Source: Candidatus Heimdallarchaeota archaeon
GTDB lineage: Archaea; Asgardarchaeota; Heimdallarchaeia; Heimdallarchaeales; Heimdallarchaeaceae
Length of the DNA: 27,803 nt
Direction: 5' to 3'
NCBI GenBank assembly: GCA_019057375.1
Contig: DXJF01000126.1
Span: 1-27,803 of the forward strand
Made by a program: the position numbers and the translations under genes. This document shows, piece by piece, positions 17,347 to 25,025 of this stretch (position 1 is its first letter; each line of letters opens with the position of its first letter). Under the pieces are notes generated by a model. That model saw only the letters and a list, made by a program, of their open reading frames with translations. It searched no databases and had not been told where the DNA came from.

Positions 17347-17955
17347 ATGAAAAGAAAAACTGCTCTTCTAACATTTGCATTACTAGTAATAATTCTCCCT
17401 ACAGTTGTTTCTGGATCCCCTTTCTACTTTGTTCCTAACACAATGATTGAAGATAGGAAATATGGTTCCTTTTCAGTAATTGTTGAAGAAGGGTTCTATT
17501 TCCTGATTTTTGATAACACAGGATATATAACGGATAACTATACTAGGGTTGATTCCTATGTCATCTTCACTCTGAACTTCGAAGAAGAAGGTATGAGAGA
17601 TATAAGTGCTCAGAAATCGGTAAAAGCTGGCGAATATAATTTCATCTCTTTTAATTTTGATTTAACAGGAATTTATGTAACAGAATGCGATTTTGAAATG
17701 ACGGCTTCTGAGAGAATATCTGCCTTTCTAACTGATTCTACTGGTTTAGCAGAATACTTGGAAGAGACAGCTGATCTTACTAAAGGACAAAGGCAGAGAG
17801 CGATAATATTAGTGTCTAGCATCAGTTCAAGTATTATAGCAATATTGTTGATAATGATTGTTTTTATGCGATATAAACCTATTTGGCGTATCAAAAAGAA
17901 ATACCAAGCGTATCGAAATAAAAAAGCTGGAATAAAATTCAAAAATATAGGATAA
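17347..17955 (+). CDS. Exported protein with C-terminal TM anchor
   Basis: Signal peptide, beta-rich core, TM plus basic tail, GGGGA RBS. Confidence 0.8.
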   Translation: MKRKTALLTFALLVIILPTVVSGSPFYFVPNTMIEDRKYGSFSVIVEEGFYFLIFDNTGYITDNYTRVDSYVIFTLNFEEEGMRDISAQKSVKAGEYNFISFNFDLTGIYVTECDFEMTASERISAFLTDSTGLAEYLEETADLTKGQRQRAIILVSSISSSIIAILLIMIVFMRYKPIWRIKKKYQAYRNKKAGIKFKNIG

Positions 17956-17959
17956 AAAA

Positions 17960-19237
17960 CTATTTTGTGGATTTAGGTTTTGTTTTAGCAGGAGTTTTTG
18001 GAGTTTTCTTTCCAAAGATTCTGTCACCATTTTCCACAAAAGTTTTAGTAATTTTTTCTCTTAATAATAGAGCTTGATCGTGATTAAAGAAAATGTGAGT
18101 ATGAGTATAGAACATCGGTTTTCTTATTTTAGCAACCTTTGGAGGGAGTAACAATAGTAGATCATCACTTGAGAAGTTTTCATCTATTTCTAGAACTTTT
18201 CTAAAATCACTCAGCTTAAGTTTTATCCGTTCAGTTAATTCAATGAAACGATTTGCTTTCAATTCATATTCAGTCATTTTCTGCTTATTCAGAAAAGCAT
18301 CATATTTTTCTTGAATTACAAAAGTAAACCATTTAGCTTTCCTTACTTCCTTTAGAACAGCGCCATAGCGAGTGAATTCTATATTCAGGTGTCTCTTAAG
18401 TTGGAGCTGTTTTAGGAGGAATATTGTTTCTTCTAAAGAAATGCCTAAATCAAGTGCAACTGTTGATAAATTAACTTCCTCTTCGAAATTGAGTGAATTA
18501 ATGATTAGTTTTCTTTTTACTTTTCGAACTACTGAAGGACGCATGAAAACATGATAGAGAAGCCAGAAAAATTGTATGAATAAGACACCAGTAATTATAG
18601 CTAAATATCCTGAGATTGTGTGATATTTTCTCCATTCCAATTCTGCAGGAGAACCAGCTATGGCTTTTCTGAACAGCGAGTTTTTTGTTGTTTCTTTCTT
18701 TGTTAAGAGGTATGTCTTCAGCACTATGTGGTTAACAAAACAATAATTCATGAACACATATATTCCTATAAGAAAACCATATACAGGTATTGAGTAACCA
18801 TATGAACTAGGTGGATCGGCTAAAGGAAAAGCTAGGGTAATTAAAGCAGTTATATTTAGAAACCTAACAATATAGATCTTACTTCTATGAATTGAATCCA
18901 ATCTAAAAATATAGAAGTAAGTGTTAAGTAATGCTAGAGCCGGAATTGCGAAGGTTAAAACTAATGTCCACGGAAGGGGGGATTGAATGAAATATGAAAT
19001 CCCATCGTGATATATTTCGAAGAACAAACCAGGTTCTACACTCATCAAACTAAAACAGATAATTACTAGAACAAGAATTATAATTTCTGAAATGAATAAG
19101 TAAAATGGAAAGCTCTTTTTCTTAGCTGGAGTATCTACTAAGCGTTGTTTATTGTTGTTTGGTTTTACAACAACTTTGCCTTCTTCTATTTCTTTCAATT
19201 TCGCACTAGGAATAGACCCTTCATTCTTAGCGGACAT
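17960..19237 (-). CDS. Multi-TM protein with cytoplasmic winged-helix-like domain
   Basis: About 5 TM then VNLSTVALDLGISLEETIFLLKQL. Confidence 0.75.
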   Translation of the reverse strand: MSAKNEGSIPSAKLKEIEEGKVVVKPNNNKQRLVDTPAKKKSFPFYLFISEIIILVLVIICFSLMSVEPGLFFEIYHDGISYFIQSPLPWTLVLTFAIPALALLNTYFYIFRLDSIHRSKIYIVRFLNITALITLAFPLADPPSSYGYSIPVYGFLIGIYVFMNYCFVNHIVLKTYLLTKKETTKNSLFRKAIAGSPAELEWRKYHTISGYLAIITGVLFIQFFWLLYHVFMRPSVVRKVKRKLIINSLNFEEEVNLSTVALDLGISLEETIFLLKQLQLKRHLNIEFTRYGAVLKEVRKAKWFTFVIQEKYDAFLNKQKMTEYELKANRFIELTERIKLKLSDFRKVLEIDENFSSDDLLLLLPPKVAKIRKPMFYTHTHIFFNHDQALLLREKITKTFVENGDRIFGKKTPKTPAKTKPKSTK

Positions 19238-19259
19238 GTATGTAAAATTTCAATCATTA

Positions 19260-19267
19260 TATATAAA
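19260..19267 (-). promoter_or_regulatory. TATA box for leaderless 17960-19237
   Basis: Minus-strand TTTATATA 23 nt upstream of the ATG. Confidence 0.55.
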
Positions 19268-19386
19268 TGCATGCAAATCAAGAAATCAAAATGTTGTTTA
19301 AGAGCGTCTAATTGACAAATAAAAAGTTTCGTTTTAACTTTCACTACTTTAAATATGAAAGTCCCCATTAATAATTTGAGCAGACC

Positions 19387-21231
19387 ATGGCCAACATCCA
19401 CCATAGGACATTCATCATACTGGCAGTGATTAGTATCGCATCTTTTGGATATAATGCTAATCATGGTCATCTCGGGTCAAGTCTGCTCACCCACTCGTAT
19501 AACTCATCACACACACAGGAAGGGGTGCTTTCACAATACTTAGGCGAGGACTTGGTCTTCAACTATACAGACTCTTTTACTGAAAGCACCTTCCAACTTT
19601 CCTTAACAAACCTGAATTTAACCAATCATAGTGAGCTTAACATGAGTTTCTTAGTTGAAGGTGATAGTTCTACTAGCTCTGGTATTTCTATAACCTTCAA
19701 TTTTGATACAATAGCTGTTAATCTTATTGTAGAAAGATATTTTCAAGATAATCAAGCTCATTCATTAACTCAAGGATTTTTTGTAAGTGAACCTATTGTA
19801 AAAGATTTCACTGTTAATGTCACAATCTCAGGAGAAGCAGGATTTGGAAAAAGTGGTTCTATCATTGTATATGCAACAAGTTTCATTTCCAACATTTCTT
19901 TGGTAGACCTTTCAGAGGAATACAAAACGCTACCTGTAACTCCAGATAATTTACTTTTTGAGGGAGAAATGTTTGGAATCAAAGAAGTCACTGTACTAAC
20001 TGTTATTAGTAATTCATTCAATGACTCATATAACTTAGATCTAAACCTGGAATTTCTAGTTAATGATTTTCAATCTTTTACTAAAGAAGTTATTCTAACC
20101 ACAAATTCTACTGAACTTGCTAGAAGTAATTTTGCTGATAATCAAATAAATAATCTTGATTTTCAATTGGATATAGAGCAGGGCTATTTTCCACTATACA
20201 TAATTTTTCACGTAGAAATTAGTAGTGATTTAATTGAAATTAGCAATATTCAGCTATCAGCTAAAATTATTCAGATAACCACAAATAAGGATATTTTTTT
20301 TGAAGCCAACTGGATTGATGGAATCGATGAGAACATAAATATTTCGTTCTTCAAACCAAAGTCTACCCTCTCAGAACAGATATTAAATATCTCATTTTTT
20401 TTCAGTTTCGAAGGAAGTATTGTCTATTTAGGGATAGGCTTTGAAGTAAAACAAGGAAGCAGTTTGCTTGCTTATGGAACAATTTCATCCAATAAACAAA
20501 ATGGAGAAATTCAACTCATCATTATAGATACCTATACATTGAATTATCAAGATGGCCTGTACATCAACTTTCAAGCGGATGTTTCAGGCTCAGGAACTAT
20601 CAAAATCTATGGTTCAACAACAATCGAAATAAGAGATATCCTTCATATAGATACTGAAATTCATCAGATGCAGTTTGAGGAATCTCTGGTGTTCGAAACA
20701 CCATCTTATGGATCAATTGCTCTGATGTTTTATGATGTTATATTTGTTGAAAATGCTTCTGTTGAGTTTAGAAATGACTTCCTCATGGAGTTCTCTGTAT
20801 CTGATTATAATTTTGATAGTATAACTTTGACTTGTTATATCAATGAAATAGCTACTTATACGAAAACTTTCCGAAATCCAGGAGATGTTCATGTTACAGA
20901 AGAAATTACATTTACACAAGGAATTAATGAATTAGACTACATTCTAATTATTTTAGGTGGAGGATCTGATATAACCATTGAAAATATGAGATATACATTA
21001 CAGCAAGAAACTGGATCCGAGAACGTTGGACCCCCTGCAGGAGGCATAGATATTCCATTCTTCCAGTTGCCAAAAAACATTTTTCTAGGGGCGTTTGTCC
21101 TGTTTGATTGTTGGTTATTAATGGGAATAATGTTGAGAATTTATAAAGGTCGCAAATTGAGAAAGAGTAGACAAACAGAAAATGATGAATTTATTCTTGA
21201 AATTGCTCAAATGTCTCAAGATTACAAATGA
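19387..21231 (+). CDS. Large exported beta-rich surface glycoprotein, C-terminal TM
   Basis: Signal-like N-terminus, many N-x-S/T sequons, TM near residue 570. Confidence 0.8.
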   Translation: MANIHHRTFIILAVISIASFGYNANHGHLGSSLLTHSYNSSHTQEGVLSQYLGEDLVFNYTDSFTESTFQLSLTNLNLTNHSELNMSFLVEGDSSTSSGISITFNFDTIAVNLIVERYFQDNQAHSLTQGFFVSEPIVKDFTVNVTISGEAGFGKSGSIIVYATSFISNISLVDLSEEYKTLPVTPDNLLFEGEMFGIKEVTVLTVISNSFNDSYNLDLNLEFLVNDFQSFTKEVILTTNSTELARSNFADNQINNLDFQLDIEQGYFPLYIIFHVEISSDLIEISNIQLSAKIIQITTNKDIFFEANWIDGIDENINISFFKPKSTLSEQILNISFFFSFEGSIVYLGIGFEVKQGSSLLAYGTISSNKQNGEIQLIIIDTYTLNYQDGLYINFQADVSGSGTIKIYGSTTIEIRDILHIDTEIHQMQFEESLVFETPSYGSIALMFYDVIFVENASVEFRNDFLMEFSVSDYNFDSITLTCYINEIATYTKTFRNPGDVHVTEEITFTQGINELDYILIILGGGSDITIENMRYTLQQETGSENVGPPAGGIDIPFFQLPKNIFLGAFVLFDCWLLMGIMLRIYKGRKLRKSRQTENDEFILEIAQMSQDYK

Positions 21232-21258
21232 ACGTATACAGTTTTACTCCCTTTTTAT

Positions 21259-22752
21259 ATGAAATTAATTATGATATTGATAGACATGGCAGTTAATACA
21301 TTTGCAACCACTCTTTTAGGTAAACTAAAAAAGTTCGGAAAAAATCAGAAGGAATCAATCAAAGAAAACCTTTGTACTAAAGGAGAATTACCTTTGTTAG
21401 TGCAGATTTTTGGAGCTGTATTTATTTGGTTTCTTCTATTCATAATGTTTGTAACCATAATTGTACCAACTCAAAGATGGATTGTAGCTTTGGTTGCTGT
21501 AATAGTAGCTTTTAGCTTTGTTCAAGGTTTGAATTTCATTGGTCGAAAACTGGTTCTAAAGGATTTCAGAGAAGAGGAATTTCCAGAAATTAATTCGCTT
21601 GATTTAACTGATAATTCAATTTTAATAGGGGATGAGTTTCAACAGGGTGGATTAGTATTATCTCAAAAAGTTAGAGGAAGATATCATCTTACACCTATAG
21701 TTGCTCTCAAAATTGATTCCATTTCTTCCTCAACATCTTCAATCTTCAGCTCAATATCCAACATTACTCTACAAAAATTAAGTCTAAAATATCATTGCAG
21801 TATTATTGATACTGCTAAATATGAAATTCTTCTCTTGAAAGGACAACCAAAAAGCTCTAAGCATACTTCGTTATTCGTCACTCTTCAGATTTTAGAGGAG
21901 AGCTTTTTCCAGAAAGTATTTGATACTTTAACAGAGTTTACAAGAGAAAAAAAGATTGAATTCGAGAAGCTTGATGGGAGTGTATTGAAAGAGATTTTTC
22001 CTCTTTATGAAAACGTGCTTTTTATTTCACAAAACAGAGAAGAAATACAAACCGTTCCAGAATCAGCAGATATAATCGATAGTGATCCAGATGATCAAGA
22101 TGATCGAGATGAAAGTTTTGTGGAATTTCTAGTTAAAGAAAACAATAAAGACTCTACTGAAGAAACTGTAACTGTTAAAGAACAAAGTAATGTCATCATT
22201 CTAGACAAAGTTGATGAAAAACAATCGGTTGATTCAGAACAGGTGAATCAAGAATCAGATTCAAATCAAAAAGAAATGATCAAAAATATTCTTTTAGGTG
22301 AGCTAAATTTCTCTATCGACAGTTTTCTATCAGCTGCTAGAGGTTATTACAAAAAGGCTATAGAAACAGCTCTTGAAACTAAATATAAAGCAAATGCAGA
22401 ACGATTCTTGAAAACTGTTCATCTCTATTGCGAAAGAGAAAATATTCCTTTCTATTATCCATCATATTCTTATCTTCTCAAAATTGTTGAATTTCTAGAT
22501 ATAGAACTACCATCATCAACAGAAATTGAGAATTTCGTAGATAGATTATCTGAAGAATATACTTCTATCTCAATAGATGATGAGAACAAACATAAATTAA
22601 GTACTTTTCTAGTGTCGAAATTCAAAGATTCACAAAATAGTTCAAATGAATCAGTCAAGAATTTAGATGAAGCAGCGGATATTTCTTCTATTCCACAACC
22701 ACCTGCAGCACGAAATACCAAAAAAGAATTACTAATAGATGGAGGAGATTAA
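21259..22752 (+). CDS. 2-TM membrane protein with large cytoplasmic region and acidic linker
   Basis: 497-aa ORF, two N-terminal hydrophobic helices, operonic spacing. Confidence 0.8.
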   Translation: MKLIMILIDMAVNTFATTLLGKLKKFGKNQKESIKENLCTKGELPLLVQIFGAVFIWFLLFIMFVTIIVPTQRWIVALVAVIVAFSFVQGLNFIGRKLVLKDFREEEFPEINSLDLTDNSILIGDEFQQGGLVLSQKVRGRYHLTPIVALKIDSISSSTSSIFSSISNITLQKLSLKYHCSIIDTAKYEILLLKGQPKSSKHTSLFVTLQILEESFFQKVFDTLTEFTREKKIEFEKLDGSVLKEIFPLYENVLFISQNREEIQTVPESADIIDSDPDDQDDRDESFVEFLVKENNKDSTEETVTVKEQSNVIILDKVDEKQSVDSEQVNQESDSNQKEMIKNILLGELNFSIDSFLSAARGYYKKAIETALETKYKANAERFLKTVHLYCERENIPFYYPSYSYLLKIVEFLDIELPSSTEIENFVDRLSEEYTSISIDDENKHKLSTFLVSKFKDSQNSSNESVKNLDEAADISSIPQPPAARNTKKELLIDGGD

Positions 22753-22755
22753 ACG

Positions 22756-23409
22756 ATACAAGATATATTCTTACTTGAGATTATCGAGTTTTACTTGAAA
22801 TTTTGGTTACTTTCTCTCGCAATGAGATGGATGTTATCGTTTCTACCCGGGAGAATTTTCGATTTAATTCGTTTCACAGGCAACTTAGCTAGATATCCGG
22901 TTAAACGGTTATTGTACCTAATCTACGGTGTTCAAATTCTTGAAACAGATTTTGAGAAATCATTATTCAAAACAGAGGAAGTTGATGATTTTGATTGCAG
23001 AATTACTTCAAATGTAATTGCACCACTTCTCATATTGACATATGTTGGTTCATTCATTTTGTATTGTGCAAATGAATTATATGACACAAAATACACATGG
23101 ATAAGCATAATTCTGTTTATTCTAGGTTTCGCAATTATTTTGATGTCAGCTCCAGATTTTCGTGAAGCTGAAGAATTACTCAAAACTAATCTAAAATCGA
23201 TCTTCAAATGGTTCGCAAAACTAGTCTTTCTCGCACTTCCAACATATTTCATCTTACATTATTTTGTTGGGATTGAAGCTTTAGCACAAGGAGTATTCTT
23301 CATTATACTACTGATTCCAGTATATCACCATAGCAGGAAAAATGTAGGAGAAAAATGGGTTAAATCGAAAAAAGCAAAAGTTTTAGAGGCTGACCCTTTT
23401 GGAGAATGA
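22756..23409 (+). CDS. Multi-TM protein resembling zincin/M50-like membrane peptidases but without HExxH
   Basis: Spacing of G...(RYPVK)..L.GV.I, IAPL and A.PDFRE. Frame is open from ATA 22756 behind GGAGGAG; TTG 22795 is the alternative start. Confidence 0.6.
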   Translation: MQDIFLLEIIEFYLKFWLLSLAMRWMLSFLPGRIFDLIRFTGNLARYPVKRLLYLIYGVQILETDFEKSLFKTEEVDDFDCRITSNVIAPLLILTYVGSFILYCANELYDTKYTWISIILFILGFAIILMSAPDFREAEELLKTNLKSIFKWFAKLVFLALPTYFILHYFVGIEALAQGVFFIILLIPVYHHSRKNVGEKWVKSKKAKVLEADPFGE

Positions 23410-24475
23410 ACTTGAACTCAACGAAATTGTAGATGAACTTTTAAAAGATGTTGAATCTACTTTAGGGAAATTAGAGAAAAACTTTAAGCTAAATCAAGCA
23501 AATGAAATTCACTCACAGGAACAAGTAGAGATAGAAGAGAGACACAAGTTTCCTTATCCAAGCGTGAGATATCCAACCTCAGATCAGAATTTAAAAGATA
23601 ACCAGCATTTAACAATTATTAGAAAAACGACAACAATTGCTGACACCTCTAAAACAAATATTGAGGAGATAGAGGAGAAAAACATCAAAGCTGATGATGA
23701 CGTTGATGTAAAAGATTATGAAAAAATCCTAAATGTTCAAGACATTCCATCTGTTTCAAAGGAAAAAATAAGTTCTGTTAAGCAGAGCATCTTACAATAT
23801 TCTGAATCATTGGCAACTGATGAAAAATCAGATAGTGCAGAATTGATGTCAGAAGAAGAAACACATTTTCTAGATATAAATAGAGAAATAAGGCTCGTGC
23901 ACATTTATGGACCTCCTGGCTCAGGTAAAACAACTATTGGAATTCAAGCATCTATTGAAATAGTTCCGAGAAAAACCTATTATTTTATTACTAGTCATGG
24001 AACATCAGTACTTAAACGAGTAAAACAGATGATATCTGAAGAACGATGGTCAGATTTTAAGGGAGTAAAACAAAGTTTTTTCCCTATAGAAATCACAAAT
24101 TTAGATGAGTTAGAAATCCAATTAGACAAAATGGCAACACTTCATCCAGAAGAGTTAGGGATGATAGTTATTGATCATGTAACAGATTATTGTAGGGGTC
24201 AAATTTACCAAGAGGAAAAACGCATACAACTAAGAAATATTCTAGAGAAACTCTATCTTCTAGCTGACGAGAAAGGATGTAAAGTATTGCTAATTAATGG
24301 TTTTTCCTATAAGGATTCAGCGCCTGCAGAAGATATAATTGAATCATTCTGTGATATGACAATTAAGATGAAAATAGAAGATTTTAAATCGAAAATTTTG
24401 TTACAAGAAGAAGAAATTGAATTAGCTGTTAATAATTCAGGGATTTCAAATCTTCATCTTAATATTTACTATTAA
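23399..24475 (+). CDS. RadB/RecA-superfamily ATPase with long acidic N-terminal extension
   Basis: Walker A GPPGSGKTT, Walker B MIVIDHVT..CR, L.LLA....KVLLIN. Confidence 0.8.
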   Translation: MENELELNEIVDELLKDVESTLGKLEKNFKLNQANEIHSQEQVEIEERHKFPYPSVRYPTSDQNLKDNQHLTIIRKTTTIADTSKTNIEEIEEKNIKADDDVDVKDYEKILNVQDIPSVSKEKISSVKQSILQYSESLATDEKSDSAELMSEEETHFLDINREIRLVHIYGPPGSGKTTIGIQASIEIVPRKTYYFITSHGTSVLKRVKQMISEERWSDFKGVKQSFFPIEITNLDELEIQLDKMATLHPEELGMIVIDHVTDYCRGQIYQEEKRIQLRNILEKLYLLADEKGCKVLLINGFSYKDSAPAEDIIESFCDMTIKMKIEDFKSKILLQEEEIELAVNNSGISNLHLNIYY

Positions 24476-24530
24476 CAATCAACTTTCTTGTCCTTTTAAA
24501 TGAATTAAAGAATATATTATCAGAAAAGAC

Positions 24531-25025
24531 ATGACTTTAACTACAGAACAAGATTTAGTTGATTCCTTAGTTACTAAATGGTTATCAGAAAAAAAATTCG
24601 TTGTCACTGAACTGACTATTCCTATTATTCATCAAATTAATTATGATGATTACTTAGAGGGTAGAGATTACGTTAGAATAGATTTAGCAGCTTTTGACCA
24701 AGTGACTGGAGAGGTTATTTTTGTTGAAGCTGAAAATGGTTTGTATTTACAGCATCCTCAGATCTATCTTCCTTTTTGCCATTCGCTTTATATCCTATGT
24801 CCAGAAGACCATTCTTCTTTCCGAGATGAACAAGTAGGTTGGAGTAAAAGTCAAGGCATAGGTATTATTGAGAAGAATAAAAATGGAGAGCTGATTTTTT
24901 CATTAGATCCTAATTCTAGAAAAATTAATCCAGCAGTTGAAGCATTTGTAAAGTCAAGATTACTAAAAAAATTTGAGAAGGAGAGGAAATCAAATGTCAT
25001 CATTGATGTCAAAGAAAAAGCATAA
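24531..25025 (+). CDS. PD-(D/E)XK-fold (MmcB-like) protein
   Basis: VVTEL...RIDLAAF...IFVEAE...QIY..FC..LY..CP...GIGII. Confidence 0.55.
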   Translation: MTLTTEQDLVDSLVTKWLSEKKFVVTELTIPIIHQINYDDYLEGRDYVRIDLAAFDQVTGEVIFVEAENGLYLQHPQIYLPFCHSLYILCPEDHSSFRDEQVGWSKSQGIGIIEKNKNGELIFSLDPNSRKINPAVEAFVKSRLLKKFEKERKSNVIIDVKEKA

